A program made the position numbers and the translations under genes. From Psammoneis japonica (taxonomy: Eukaryota), in contig QPGO01000010.1 of NCBI GenBank assembly GCA_008632985.1, positions 558,001 through 622,000 on the forward strand: 64,000 nucleotides of DNA, given 5' to 3'. Under the pieces are notes generated by a model. That model saw only the letters and a list, made by a program, of their open reading frames with translations. It did no database searches and was not told where the DNA came from. This document shows, one piece after another, positions 22,213 to 39,041 of this stretch (positions are counted from its first letter, which is position 1; every line of letters begins with the position of its first letter).

Positions 22213-25153
22213 ATGACTAGTAGCGCGGATAAAAGTGTCGAGGCGTTGCTTCGCCCGTGCATAACAGCAACTTCTCAGAACGCTCTCTGCTCGGCGCTTG
22301 AAGAATTATCTGAAAGCATTACTCGGCTACCAAATCATCAACTGGAGTCCATTGCATTTGTTCTAGTGAATGACATAGGAGTAGGTGGAGGAGGCATTGT
22401 CGGTGAAAGAGTGGATGCATGCTTGGAAGCCTGCGGGTTTTACTTGGTCTTGTCGGCGGTGTGTGTTTCAACACTTTTGGATGCCGCGACTGCCGAGAAA
22501 TCGAATCGAAACAATCAGTCTCCTCCAATAGCCTTACAAACAGCGTTGCATACCATTCGAAGAGTCTTATTGACGCTCCCAGAAAATAATTCGAGGCCGA
22601 ACGACTTGTTGCAAATTCGACTGCTGCGGGACTTTGAAGAAACTTGCGAGAACTCTTCTAAGGAAAAGATGCGGCGTAAGCCAACTATTGAAGACTTGGT
22701 CACCATGGTGTTGCTCTTTCCAGTGCAGATGGCAGCAGCTTGTCATTCACAAGGAATTGTCCTTCCCAACTGGGCCGTAAAGACGAACTTTTGTCCGCGA
22801 TTGGTACGATGTGTTGTTTTGGCGACCATCACCACCACGCGCACGCAACCATCTGCATGTGATTTTGCGACTTGCCTAATTCGAACAATGTCTTTTCATG
22901 GTGCATCTAATCATGTGGCAACAGGATTGTACCAGTGCTCTCTCGATATCAAGCAAGACGATCGTGAAGTGTTTAGCCACGTTGTCTTCGAGGCGCTCAA
23001 GTCTATAAAGAACCCGCGGGAGGTTGCCAAACTCATGAAGACTATTTTGCAGCAGATTCTTTCAACTGTTGAAGATAGAATAGCACAATATGACATGCGA
23101 GAACTGGATGCGGCTTGTCGCAAGTACGTACATCCCTATCTTCTCCTTACATGCCAACCAATACTTCAGCATTCCCGAGCGGTACAAGAATCATGGATCA
23201 AATCAATCATTTTGTGCGGAATGCTGCCCGTTTCAAGAAAACTGCCGCAACGATATGCCTCGCACAGTGTTGCGCTTGTCTTGGCCGCCACTCGTGAAGA
23301 AGAAAACGACAGTGAGGACAGCGATTACGATTCGGATGATTCAAGTGAAGACAAAATGATATCTCCACCTTTTCGAGTGCTCTGGAGAGCTGTACAGCAG
23401 GTGGCAGAAACATGGTGTGAAACCACTTATATCCAACACACGGACATTTCTGCACAACGGAACGCGACTTGGTTTCTGCAGAGTGCAATCTCCATGATAC
23501 CTACCAACGAAACCGAGGCAATCGATTTGACAGGGTCGTCATTTGTTCTCAACTTGTTGAATGGCGTTTCGGCTCGGCTGGAATCAGGCGTGCATGACAT
23601 TCGTATGGATGGCATGCGCATAGGAGAGCAATTGGCGACACTTCTTGGACAAGCACCCCTTCGCTTTGAAGAATTGGATAGAGAACGAGAAACCGAAGAG
23701 GTGGAGAAGGATGAGACGTCGGACTCACCAATTTCGGGTGAAGACGGTACTTCCCCGCGTATTTCTTCTATACAAGATTCAGTGTTGAGAAAGAAAAAAC
23801 GAGGTAGTCGGAAGAAGCAGTGGAAGAAAGTGATTGATCCAGATGCAGAGTACCAAAGCTGCAGCGACAGTGACGACGAAGAGAGCTCAACTTGTTGCAG
23901 AGAAGAGAAAAACGGAAACAGTTCCGCTAAAGACGCATTCGATGACGACGATTCTGTATGGGACGACGAATTGATTCCGTACTCCTTAGAAGACGATGAA
24001 GAGGACTTGAGAGAAGTTCCGCGCCCACGTTACCTTCGCGACTGTCTGGCACTGCTACGCGCCCCCGACAGTGAGGAGACGGCCTGTAGCCAACAAGAAG
24101 CGGCATTGCAAGAGTTGGACGCTCTTGTGCGTTCAAGACCACCGGATCTTCAGGATTATGCGGTTCCACTGGTGATGCAACTCCTTCATATGGAGAACAA
24201 GTTCAATCATCCAGATTTTGATGATTTGCGCAAGAGTGGGCTTGTAACGCTGGCCGTCGAATCCCCGTGGCCAGTCGGACAAGCATTCGTTGGAGAGCTA
24301 TTTGAGGGTATTTCACTTGGACAAAGATTGGATATTCTCGCTACTCTAGATGAGGCAGCGTACGAACTGTCTGGAGAGAAAGCGTTAGGGCTACAGCGGG
24401 CTGAAGCGAGGAAGAAACTACGGTAAGAGCCTTCTTCTGAGATTGCTATGATGTTATGTTATTTATAAATCGCGTCGTGGAGACTTTCATACATTGCTGT
24501 TTTTTCATTGCAGTGACGAGACACTAGGTGCGGAACCGAGGGTTTCCGGGAAACGTTTCCTTGTGTCTAATTCAACTCAGAGTACACAAGATGAAGAGCT
24601 TGTGCCGTTTCCAGGGAAGTCAATGACAATGGAAGAGTCTCGCACGCGACGCTGGGGTCGAAGGCGAGAAAACCATGCTACAGTTTCGAATCGTTTCGGG
24701 CCGGTCGCGCCAATGTTATTTTACGCATTGTTGAATGCCTTCATTGAACGTAAGGACGATGCTTCCATTTGGGGAGGCGCTAATGGATCTCATTTGTTGG
24801 CGAGCTTCCTGATCACACTCGCGGTCAATGTCGAGTGTTCTGGAATCCATCCAGGAACAAGCGTACTGGCTGCAGATCTATTCGATTTGGCGTGGTCCTT
24901 TCGACATGTAGAGGCAGCTCAGGTTAGACTAGCAGTCTTGCAAGCCGTTGCCATTGCGCTACCGGTCCTTCCTGAGCATGCTCTTATGGCTATTCTCTCC
25001 CGCAACGAAGCTAACGGTCTTGTTGATTTTTTGTGCACGACAAGGATGGAAGATCCGGACGAGAAATGCCGCCTGTTGGCAAGGGGGTTGTCAGAGACCC
25101 TCGCAAGCACGATAAAGAACATGGATGGTGGAATTGGGAGACTGACTTCCTGA
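22213..25153 (+). CDS. TEL2: Telomere length regulation protein TEL2 (TTT complex)
   Basis: Motifs 'GVSARLES...RMDGMRIGE' and the acidic 'DSDD...PYSLEDDEEDL...PRYLRDCL', then 'QRLDIL' and 'TRRWG...NRFGPVA'. In-frame intron at 24423-24513. Confidence 0.9.
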
Positions 25154-25384
25154 TGAGGAATCTACCAGGTCACTACAGCCAAAATCTGATATTCTCTCTA
25201 ATACTATCTAGAAGTAGCTTCCGACAAACAATTATTACACTGATTCATTACTCTAGAACACCAAGATTGATACGGCCTGCACAATAATGTTTAACTGAGT
25301 AGCAATGAGAGAGAAGAACTGAGATGCCACCCCCGGTTAAATCCAAAGAGGCAGTCCGGCAGAATCGCCGCGGAGGCACTGCGT

Positions 25385-27686
<2,302 letters not shown>

Positions 27687-28484
27687 AAAGTGTTATTGTT
27701 AGTTTTGTTTTGTTGAAATTGTGTGAGCTGCAGAAATACAACGACTCTCGAGACGTGCTTGTTGAAACGGGTTGGAAGCAGATGGAGGACGAAATTCTGT
27801 CAGTCGCACGCAGCCACGACCAGTGCGTAGAAAAGACGTAGAATACATACGAGCTAGAAATCTCGCAGTCACAGCCCATTTTTGTGAAAACAGCAGGTTT
27901 CAAGATGCAACCGCAACACCATGAAATTGCCTTTGACAGAGCTTTCGTAATTCGACACAAACCAATCACAGATATGCAAACACACAAGATAACGACGTGA
28001 ATGGCGTCATACGACTGGATGAAAACGCACCATTTTGCATAACACGGGCTGAAGCTGGTGATTGCGTTGAAAACCACTCAAAAATGGAGGAAGGAAAAAG
28101 GGTTCTGTGCTTTCGATGACTGTGACGAGTACGGGAAATTAGGGCCCTACGTAAGTAGAAACTCACCTGGTAATGTATGGAAAGACATCTTCACGACGTG
28201 GCCGTCAGTTTCCACTTTATATATTTTATTCGATGCTGATTAAATTGATAACCATTATAATTAACATTTTTCAAAGATAATTTGTATCCAGAATTGTAGG
28301 TTTTCTGTCCCTTTGAATCATCATCATTGGTGGGAGTGTCTCCGATGAGCCTGTCACTTTTCGACTTCTTGTGCGTTGAAGAAGAGGTTGTTCGTGTCGC
28401 TTTTGTTGTTGCCCTCATTGCTTTTGCTCGAAGATCACCTCAGATAAAAGCTCTCTTGCTGTTATCGAAAACACCTAGAACACG

Positions 28485-31170
28485 ATGGGACTCTTTGCGA
28501 AACGAAAAAGCAAACGCAAGACAGCAGAGAAGCAGAGTAATAACCATGGCGTTTCGACACCTGCTACAACGAAAAGTAGTCCTGCGAGAAGTAAACAGTC
28601 GACGCCGCCACGAAAGAGCAACAACAACAACAAGTTGGAGCCACTCGACGCCACCATGGAGAATTTGCCAATATTGATTCATGACTTGGACAATTGTACC
28701 GACACATCGGGTGATTTGCCGGCACGTGCTCTGCGAATCCTCTTTTCGCTCTCAGAACACGCTACTGACTCGGAGAACCGGACTCGCATGGTTCGACAGG
28801 AGGACGGACAATTGATTCCCGTGTTGCTGGACTTTTTGAGAAAATGTGAGCGTGGAAGCAGCGAACAGTATTTAGCCTTGTTGGTGTTGAACAATATCAG
28901 TATTCCCAGTGAGAACAAGCGATTTATTGCCATGGATTGCGGTGGAGCGCAAGTGTTTGCTCGTCTGTTGTGTGAGGATCCATCGTGTCATTTAATGGCT
29001 ATTATTTTGGTGAATCTTACCTTTGCCGATGCAGAGCTTCGAAGAGAGCTTGTCAAACCGGGGAATGGTGTGTACATCGTCGAATCGTTGGCTTACACGT
29101 TGAGACTGGCATCCATGACGCAAGAAGAGTACGAAGCTCGGGAGACTCTGTATCCTGGAGACTCGCCGATGGAATTGCTAAGGGTACTTATGGAAGAAGA
29201 CACGAGATTGCGTCCCGCTCTGTCAGATTTGGATTACAATAGAAAGAAGGTAGTCGATCTCGATATTTGGCGGATCCTTCCAAACAGCTGTTTCCCGAGA
29301 CGGCTCGGTGGTGTCTGTCGGCCCTGAAGAATTTGACACGGCCTTCCAAGGATGCCACTGCAGCACTCACTCTTGTAAACACCGGAATTGTTCCCCATAT
29401 CCTTGGCTTGATCACTGTCTTTGAAAGTGCAATGGCTCGCAACAACAGAGAATCGTCTGAAAACCGCGGCTCTCCGTCCTCCAACGATACTCCTACTCTG
29501 TTGGATCCCTTGGAGTTTGCAAACTCTCCCGCCACGTGGGACTCGAGTTCGATTCAAGACGCGGCGCTCTTTGTTGTGTTGAATCTCTGTGCCACTCTGT
29601 CGGTTCGAGAGAATATGCAACAAGCAGACACGGTCAATATTCTTTCGCTGATTCCCGCTTATAATTTGAACGGACAAGTCGAGAACATCGAACAGCAACT
29701 TGACGAAGCAAAAGTCTATCACTTTCAATGCGTCAAGGCTGTAAGTCCTTGTTGCTGCTAGCTAGAGGATTTCTGGCCCGTTTTCCGAATATTGTCTCTT
29801 ACAGTTTTCTCTTTTTGTAACAGCGCATGGCAATGGCTTACCTCGTTGGATCCATTGGTCATTTTGGTCAGCCAATGTCTCGAAACTCCACAAGCCTTGC
29901 ATTGGAAAACCCGAAAGATGAGGTTCTCAAGTTGACTGAGGAAGAAACTGAGAACCTTGTAGAGTTGTTTGCAAATACTCTACACCAGCGTGCCAAGGAG
30001 GGCCCGGGAGGTTACTCGGCGGCAACATTTAACGTCAAGGGTGTCATTCTTGCGATTCGATGCCTCTTGACACATCCGGCCAATCGACTGCAATTTATCA
30101 ATTTGTCTAGTTGCAAGCTTAATGTTTTACTGCTCAAGGCATTGGCGCGACATGCGGTTCTGGATGCTTCTAATATTGATGCGGATGCCGCGGAACACGT
30201 CTGCTTTTCACTTTATTTACAGTCTGACCTTGGCTTCCAGGTAAGCAGTGCTTTGTGCTTGTTGTGCGACTCGCTTCATCTTGTAAACGGTGTGACTTAT
30301 CTACCACCTTTCATTACTTCTGATTCCTTCTAGACACCATTTCTGGCGGCTATTTATGGTGACCACGACAAGATTGCTGGTAAAGGTAGTTTGACAGCCA
30401 AGGTTCTCACTTCGTACTTGCACAAGGAAACCATTACTCCTGCCGGTCGGCATGCTGCCGATCAACTCCTGCTTAGGTTGAGATATCTCGTGTTCAAGGG
30501 ATCTGTGGCTGGACTGAGTCCCAGTCGACGAGACGACTATGTTGACACCGAATCGGATTTTGTCTTTGATCATGACCTAATGGACGCGACGGAACAGATT
30601 ATGGTTGAACGGAGAAGCCATGGAGCCAAGCCGAATCCCGTCATTTTTGATAGACCCATTCTTCGGAGCAGGGCACCGAAGCGGGGTGTGCAGCAAGCCC
30701 CTTGGGAAAATGGAGCTGCAGTGAGCGAGTTTCAAAGTGGTAAGTTTTCATTGCTCCGCCTGCTTGCTTGCTTATTCTAAGATTCTTTATGAGCATGTAG
30801 ACTGACGTCATTTCATGGCTTCTCGATTTTGGTTGCAGCTTTGGAGGCTGTAAAAGAGCTATCTTATGGGAGCACCAAGGTTCGGCACATGGACGCAATC
30901 GATGACATTGTCATTGCCAACAATATTGCCAACAGCGCGAATGGCGAGAAAACCGAATCTTATAACTATTGGTGGAGTTGGAAGGACGAGGTTGGTGAAA
31001 TATCAAAGAGTGTGGAGCGGCAGTCGTCGATGGATTCCAGGTGGAGTTCACGGAGCACCACCAGAAGCGAACGCTTCTCAGAGAAAGTAGCACAGGATCC
31101 CATGTCATTTCTCGAAGTGCTTCGATGCGGCAATTTTTGTGGTGCGGATACAACTATAAAGGAACCTTAG
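28485..31170 (+). CDS. Armadillo-like helical repeat protein
   Basis: ARM-like segments 'ALLVLNNISIPSENK' and 'LSALKNLT'. In-frame introns at 29741-29823, 30241-30333 and 30740-30838. One apparent frameshift near 29267. Confidence 0.75.
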
Positions 31171-31945
31171 TAAATAGAAAATAGAAACCTTGACCTTCAC
31201 TGCGACAGTATCTCTCACCATTGAACCTACCATATCCTCGCTTTAGGACATCAAGTGTAGGGCCCTATCCCAGTTCTTGTTCCTTGCGTTGTTGTGCGAT
31301 AGCAAACTCGTAAGCCGGACGTACAGACAGGCATCGTCCGTCCGTGAGCGCGAAAAACTACAATTTCAAGCAATTTGAAATTCTTAAAATATATAAAAAC
31401 TCAACTTATTCCTTTATTCATAAAATGCCTTTCTTTACGAAAACTCATATTTGGGGGTCGTTCTGGGGTTGACAAGTTCCGGGTCTTGTTGCATACCGTT
31501 GTTACACAAGTCGCCGCCGCCAACAAGAAGACGCAGTCAGAAGGCGGTCATATCACTGTCGTTGCTTTGCAATTCGTTATTTTAGTGGTAGAGAGTTTTG
31601 CAGGCGCTTCGTGTTTCGAAAAGAGATCGTTTGTGCGTGAAGGATCTCGTCTTATCAATAGCATTTTCCTCTAAGTGACTGGTGACGCATTGTTGATTAC
31701 ACACATCTTGTTCAAAGTTCGAAAGGTTCCTCCCGTGCGCCCTGTGAGGATAACGTGCCCAAACTACCTTCAGGTGATTTCATTATAAGGGATTACAAAC
31801 AATCTGGGGTTCCTCCGTCGAGTTTCTCAAGCACGGGTGAAGAACAGATCGAATGAGAATTGTTTGTTCCTTAGTTTCTTACCATCAGGCTTTGAGATTG
31901 CTGCTTTACACCGACCAGTATTTGCAGCATATAGCACGTTAAGGT

Positions 31946-34900
31946 ATGAAGAGATCAGGACGCGCTCGCCGCGCTGCCAGTCGACGTGCTGTTGCCGACA
32001 GCGGTGACGATGACGAGGGGGAAACCGAGACTTCACCTCCTCAGGCAGGAACAAGGCGGTCGACGCGGTCTCGACGCCCTACCGCAAAAGCATTAAGCTC
32101 CTACAAGGGAAACAAGTCCGCGGGCGGAGACCCAGAAGCACAACAAGAATCATCGTCAGAGGAGGATAGTAAGGGGAAAACTAGACCACCAAGACGTTCG
32201 AAACGCAAAAGATCACCGCCAGCGAGTAGTGAGGACGATGAGACAATATCACCAGACGCAAGCGAAACGGAGGAGAAGGACGACACAGAAGCGGAGCAGC
32301 AGTCTTCTGAAGCCGATGATACCCCGAGAAAGCCACCAACGAAAGCTTCCAGTCGATCAAAGCGCCCGACCAGACGGAAACAGCCACAAACGGCGAAAAG
32401 TTCCAAGGCGTTTCCGGAAAGTGACAAAGAGGATCAAAAGTCGCAAGAATCAGATGATCAAGACACGGGAGAGGATGAAGATGGTGAAACACAAAAGTCG
32501 AAGATATCTCGACCGAGACGCTCAACTCGCAGAAAGAGACCAAGAAGTCCGACTCCTCCTCCACCAGAGCCAACGTCGAAAGGGGATGAAAAAAAGGGGG
32601 GCGAAGAGGAGAAACCTGAAGCTTCAAAACCACGACGATCCAAACGAGTCAAAACGCCACCACCGCCCATCTCATTAGCAAGAGTCTCTCCACCAAAGGG
32701 TAAGGATACTGATGAGAAGGCAAAGGCGAGATCTGGAGATCAGAATGCATCTGCTGAGGGGAACACACAAAGCCCCTCACTAGGGAAAGAGGCGCTACCG
32801 TCGCCACCGACACCTTTACCAAATGGCGATAATGAGATCGCTCCAGCACAGGACAAGGGGACTGTCGAGAAAACCAAGGGAAGATCTGAAGAACAGAATG
32901 AATCGACTGAGGGGAACACGCAAAGCGCCTCATTTGAGAAAAAGGCACTGCCATCACCGCCAGCACCTCCGCTACCAAATGACGATATTCACAATGCCGG
33001 GCAGCCGTCTGATGACTTGAGACCTACTATACTGCCAAACGCTGGAGGCGTTGCAGAGGCCAAAATCGACGCAGCTGGCATTGTATTGCCTTCGAGAGAC
33101 AAGGACTTGGAAGACACGGCGAAGTCACAGAAAGGGAAGGGCGACAACGAAAACTCAGAAGGTGCGGCCACTAGCCTTGAAAAGAAGGAGGAAACCTCAG
33201 CCTCCGACGACATTGAACCTAGAATACAACAGAATACTAATCTGGAGGCAGAGTCGTTCTCCCTTGAAGCTCTTGCTTCAGCATGCATGTCCCGATTCGC
33301 TGCTGAATTGGAAGCGAGGAGACAACAAGATGTTTCTTCTCAATTTTCAGCCAGCGTAAGCGACTTAGAGCAAGTGCAAGAAGCAACTATTGGTGTGGAG
33401 AAGGAAGAGATAGTAAGTACGTCAATTGAAGCCCCTTCCCAAGCTGCGCCAACTTCAACCAGCCCGGATCAGGAACTCGACGAGGGAAAGCCAGAGGGGA
33501 CAATAGAGGACGAATACGTTCCCAATTCTGCATTTTCGTTGAAATCAAACCCTTTCGCGGTGGGAGGGGATACAGTGCCATCGAAAGTACCGGTACAGGT
33601 TCACGACGGAACAAGAACTGGCGAAGTGGTCGACGACAAGTCACAGCGTTTGTATCTGACAAACGATGGGGGGAATGGGGTAGAGCCGGATCAGAAAGTT
33701 AATGATTCTGACAACTCTGATTGCGTGGTCGAGCATAACTCAACGATTGTTGGCTCAATGGAACATACAGAAGAAAAGGCCGTGGGTGACGAAGTCGTGG
33801 GAAATGACACCGTTCAGGCCAATAATTCTGCCAATATAGACAATACGGACGATTCAAGGCATTCTTCGCAGCCGAAATCAAAAGGGGGAAAGGAAGCGAT
33901 GGATACGAGCGACCACGACGTCGAGCTTGTAAAGGAAAGCGAGCTTGTGGATGCCTCATGCGAGCACACACAAGAGAAGCGTATACATGATCAGGACCCA
34001 TTAGAAACTTTTGTCAAGGAAGAGGAAACAGAAAGAGGCAACTTGATGCCGCAAAAAATTGAACAAAGCAATTTGGCCCATAACTCTGACGAAACTCGGG
34101 GCTTGGCTATATCGCAGGAAGTCGTAAAAGAGAAAGTTGCCGGAAACGCATGCCCTGTTAAGGATGTTGCTCTGGCCGAGAATTCTACCTCTGCGGTGAA
34201 GTCTGCGCCAGCATCTATTTTAGTTGGTGTTTCAGACGCCAGCCTGAAAGGTGATAGCTTGGAGCAACCAAGGAGAGAACAGCTACCCTCCGCCGAAGGA
34301 CTCGCGACAACGCCCAATAGGGGCACGCCCTCTGATGAAGACAAGGAAATAGTAGAAGAGGACGAAACTTCACCGATGGAAATCGATGACGTGACATCGC
34401 CACCAAGCACTCGAGGTATGCCGAAAGAGTCACCCGCGAGTGATGCAGCTGTAGATCAGGGACCCTCCATGACGAAGGAGAAAGGCGACGAAGGAAAGGA
34501 AGATTCAGAGATGAGTTTAGATCGCCCTATCGCGAAGCTGGAGGGTATGCAGGAAGAACACAGCAAAACAACCGGTGAACCTGCGATGACTCGCGTTGGT
34601 AAGTTATAAGCATCAATTTTCGATGCGTGTGCTTATTTTTGTGCCTACGTTTTAACTCAAATATGGCTCGCAAACCTGTTGTTGTTGTTGTTGAATGTAC
34701 AGACACAGAGCTCGCTTCGAAAGCAGATGATGAGGAAACTTGTGAGGTTGAAACAAACAAAGAAGTGAAGAGCGAAGCGAAGCAAAAACCTTTCTTTTCC
34801 TCCGATTTTCTGGAAATTCAGGCCAACCTTCCAAGCGTAGAGAGACTCAAGATGCGAGTTTATCTATGTGGTGCCAGGGTTCACCGTGGTCGTGGTGCGG

Positions 34901-37216
34901 AACGTCGCTACGCCAACTACTGGGCGGCTCTCTCTCATTATATCTCTGCAAGATTGAAAGGGAACGGAGAATCAATTGATCTGATGGCAGACGCAAGGGA
35001 AGCGTTTGATTCGTTTCTTACCACACCAAAGCTACGCAAACTGCACAATAAAATGATTCTAGGTGCGTTTGAGATGCCCATGGCAAGTAGTGCTTATGAT
35101 CTTTCGACAATCTGATTTCTCAAAGCTCGTCCTCTCCTCTTATTGTTTTCGCTTCAGCAATTATGCAGAGATGTGTGCAACCTTACGTCCCTGATACTGG
35201 GCTACGGCAGCACATACCTGGGCACTGGCGGGGGAGAACTAAACGGCGTCAGTTGCAAGCCAGGCAGTCTTTGTACTCGAAACCTGTTGACAAAGCCGTT
35301 GTGCCATTGCGACCGACACTTGACCCGGCCGAAGTACGTTCGTCCTTGAAGAATATTGTTTCTACAGGGCAAGGTAAGCTTCGTTATTCTTCTTGGCAAC
35401 TCAGTGGTGTAGAGAGTTAAGTCTCATATCGTTTGTGATCGACGTCAACTTTACGCGAAAAGCAGCAAGCATGGGCGATCCACTTCCTGGTGGCTTAGCA
35501 GTAGGAGTTGCTGAATTTGAGCCCTCGAGTGAATTGTCGAGCCACCTGCCTGGGGCTCTTACTGTCGACCGCCTCGCGAAAGAGGCGTGTCAGCGACAGG
35601 GCATCGGTGTGGCTTCAAACGCAGTGTGGTTGATGGTGATTGCGGTCCGAGAGTACGCCTCATCGATCCTACGAAATACTATATCGAACGCTGACGCTAT
35701 TCACGGAGAGCAGATCCTTCCACCGCAGTCAAGCGCAAGTAGTATCTTGTTCACCGGCAAAGGTGGTCAGAAGAAGCCCTCTGGCAGCATTGTGGGGAAA
35801 ACTGAATTGGATGCATTATCACTGAACCTGCCTGGGTCTTTAAAAAATACCGAATCTTCCGGCAGAAAGAGGAGACGGTGCCTCACATCTCTAGACATTG
35901 CTACTGGTTTGGGGTGCATTCCAGTCGGTATAGGAGCGCCTCTTGGCGGTTCGGCATCCCGTATTTCTTTCGAGCGATGTATTACATCTGCATTTTCCCC
36001 GGGTATCGCCAGCAATTCTTTCGATGCAGTAAACAGCTTCTTTTCCACTGAAATCAAAGGGGCGGCCCTTGCTCACAAGATGGTCAAGGCAGAACCGAGC
36101 ATCGATGAAGCATACGGAGTGGATTCGTCTACGCGAACAAGTTCCCCAATTATGAACGAGTTCAGCATACCTGATTCGAAGCCAATCAGTTCTCGAAGGT
36201 CGAGTGGCGGACTTGGGCGAGGTGCAAAGAATCTTGCAGCGCTAAGGGCAAGAGCTGTGACAAAGACGCCGGACAATGTTGATGCTGGTGTTGGCAGCGT
36301 GAAATCGCCCTCTGAATCAGCTGTGCCTCCGGGAACTCCAATTCGTGGAACAAGTGACGCTGATACTTCTGCCAGACCTGCGTCTCTCTCATCGTCGACC
36401 GAAAACGGCGATGTGGGGCGAGTCATAGGCAGAGGATCTGGAGTCAAGGATCTTGCAGCAATTATTAAGGCTCGTTCGCAACTCTCTTCTGAGACCTCCA
36501 ACGATTCGAAGCCACCATCCCACGGTGAGAGTGTCAACGCTGCGCTACACCAGGTTTCAGAATCTCAACAGGATCTCGCAGAATCTGCGAGAAATGCGTC
36601 GGAGAAGGGTGGCAAGCAGCTGACCCTTCTTCGGATGGCCGAGGAGCGTCGAAAGAACCTTGCTAGCGTCGACACAGGCACAGACTTAAAGCCAAAAGAA
36701 GTGACGATGGACCAGACTATCTCCGATCCCAGTGTTCCCAACAGCGGTGTTGGTGTTGCTGAACATGTGAAAGCGAGCGTCGTATCAACTCAAGGATCTG
36801 TTGTAGTCCAGCCAAAAAGTACTGAGGGGACTTGGCCCATCCAACCTCCACAGGACCTAGGACATGGAGTTTCAGAAGAGAGCTTTGCTGTTCAACAAGA
36901 AGAATCGATAAAGCCTGAGGCCCTAAAAGATGCACCGACTTCGAATGCTGCGCCCTCCAAAGTAGCTTTCAACGCAAACGAAGAGAATTCCCAGCGCGCT
37001 CCTCCTAAACAACCAGGGGACTCTCTGACAATGCCTCACCCACCGAATCCGTATCCTGCACACGAGAAATCCGCAGTTTCTGACCCTCGCGCTCCAGAAA
37101 ACGCTGGAACTCCTGTCGAAGCTGCTTCTGTGAACAAACCAAATAATGATGCTCCCGCCCCTGTTGTTCTACCTGCTCCTGTGCAAGTACCAGGGAACTC
37201 TGATGGCAGAAACTAA
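31946..37216 (+). CDS. Large low-complexity nuclear protein with a SAGA Tad1/Ada1-like region
   Basis: In-frame introns at 34599-34702, 35063-35157 and 35374-35462. 'YWAALSHYI...LRKLHNKMIL' and a histone-fold-like 'LPGALTVDRL...GIGVASNAVWLMVIAVREY' resemble Ada1. Many basic NLS-like runs. Confidence 0.6.
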
Positions 37217-37634
37217 AGGGGTTAAGTTAAAGTTCGAATGACAAGCTGAACAATCAGTATAGCTGTAGCCGTCAGTTATATCATGATGTGGCTTCGTTCT
37301 GCTTCTTTTGAAAAAGCAGGAGTTCCCGTCAGCTCGAGGAGCAAGTGAAGAGTCATCCTCGCATTTTCTTGTTTTTTGTCCAAGTTTCATGGGCGGCTGG
37401 TGAAGATGTCTCGAACGCATACTAAAAACCATCAAGGATTTGGAAACATAGTCCTTAGCGAAATAAAGATATGTAATGCCATAGCGCCGCATTTCGTAAG
37501 TCTCACTCGTTTCAACCTCGAGTATTCGCAACATACAGTACAACCTTTTAACTATAAAGTAACGAATGTGCAAACAGGTACACTACGAATTGTCAGCTCT
37601 TTTGTTTGTCAGAAACTGTGAGCTTTTGCGGATG

Positions 37635-39041
37635 TCATTCTGCCTCTGTTAGAGGTTTGGGCTTTCGCAGGGTCCAGTCTGCATCTACCTCCTCGTCACT
37701 CTGACTTTCCAATTCTTTGAGTTGTCTTTCAAGGTATTCTGCAACTTGACTGGATGTTGCTCTTTCTTCGGGATTTTTTTGGAGGCACATGTTCATAGCA
37801 GTCTTGAGCGATACAACAACGATATCAGTACTTCTAGCCATAGAATCTGGCAATGTTGGAATATCCCCAGCTAAAATCAGTGCAGCTGCCTCTTCCTTTG
37901 TTTTACTACGATACCTTCGCTCATTCATAAGCAACTGATAGTATATATTTCCAATTGAGTATACATCAATCTTCTCGTCAATCATACTGACTTCTTGGAA
38001 TTCTTCCGGTGCCCGATTAATGTTGATGTGTCTCTTCTTGGAAGCCTTGCACGTGCGTTGGCCAGTTGTGTTCCATCTCATCATGTAACCAACATTAAAG
38101 TCATTTAACTGGAATTGGCCTTGTAATTTAACAAACTGGCGCTCGGCAATATCAGAGTGGACAAACGCCGAGTACTTGCCTCCACCAAGACTGTGAACGT
38201 CTGCAAGACCCCTAGTTATTTGCACTGCGGCACGAAGCCGTTCACCTCGATCCAGCCTTCTGTAATGATCATAGAGAGTTCCATGGGTGGCAAACTCATA
38301 CAGGGAAGTAGCACCGCACACGCCATATATCTGTGCCACATTTTTAGAGAACGTCGCTCTGTCGGCAATAATCGCATCCTTGGCTTGGCTTTGAAAGTGG
38401 TAGTTGTTGAACTCCCATTTATAACGAAGAGTTTTTAAGGCCCATGTTGTGTTGTCCCAAGCTCTAAAGCCCCAAATATCCCGCATCATACCTGAATCCA
38501 CTAACCATGCACCGCCTTGCTGCATTTTTGAACTGCTTATCTCGTGAATACTGTTACACGTCGGATGGAATGAATTTTGCCAATCAAACATTTGTACACA
38601 TTCTGGATCGACCACGATCTGTTCGTCATTTGAGTTTCCTGAGGCTTGGTACGTGGAAGTAGCTTGTGTGTTTACTTTGACTGAATACTGCCTTAAGTCC
38701 ACTATTTCGACGCTGCCTTCGGGGTAGAGTATCAGCGCCAAGGGTTTCGTCTTGCCATCACGTGGGTGTTTACCCCAATCGTTGCGAGGTTGTGATGTGT
38801 CATTTCTTGTTACTGTCAACCATGTTTGTATAATCAACATCCCTACCAAAGTAATCTCTCCGAGCTTCTTGTAAGATCGCTGTGTTCTCCACCTCCCATG
38901 CCGTTTTCTCTGTTCAAACGAGGCCTTCTCATCTTCGCTGTCACAGCGAACGATTGGCGAAATTCTGTTTGCGTCATTTTGCGTCTTCCTACCGCGAATC
39001 CGCCTCATTCTTAATGAATGAAGACGTGGCTTAGCAGTCAT
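37635..39041 (-). CDS. Type II membrane-anchored protein kinase-like protein (PKDCC/VLK-like)
   Basis: N-terminal hydrophobic segment, 'FHPTCNSIHE', 'ALK', catalytic loop 'VHSDIAERQFV', 'LNDFN', 'RAPEE', 'KIDVYSIG'. Confidence 0.85.
   Translation of the reverse strand: MTAKPRLHSLRMRRIRGRKTQNDANRISPIVRCDSEDEKASFEQRKRHGRWRTQRSYKKLGEITLVGMLIIQTWLTVTRNDTSQPRNDWGKHPRDGKTKPLALILYPEGSVEIVDLRQYSVKVNTQATSTYQASGNSNDEQIVVDPECVQMFDWQNSFHPTCNSIHEISSSKMQQGGAWLVDSGMMRDIWGFRAWDNTTWALKTLRYKWEFNNYHFQSQAKDAIIADRATFSKNVAQIYGVCGATSLYEFATHGTLYDHYRRLDRGERLRAAVQITRGLADVHSLGGGKYSAFVHSDIAERQFVKLQGQFQLNDFNVGYMMRWNTTGQRTCKASKKRHININRAPEEFQEVSMIDEKIDVYSIGNIYYQLLMNERRYRSKTKEEAAALILAGDIPTLPDSMARSTDIVVVSLKTAMNMCLQKNPEERATSSQVAEYLERQLKELESQSDEEVDADWTLRKPKPLTEAE

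Noticed and set aside
28215..28290. AT-rich islands as centromere candidates
   Set aside because: They are only about 100 bp and lie upstream of genes, which fits promoters better.
29250..29287. 38-nt GT-AG intron that would fix the ARM-like gene frame
   Set aside because: It is far shorter than the other introns here (about 80-170 nt) and has a weak donor. A 1-nt indel is more plausible, though the intron is not excluded.
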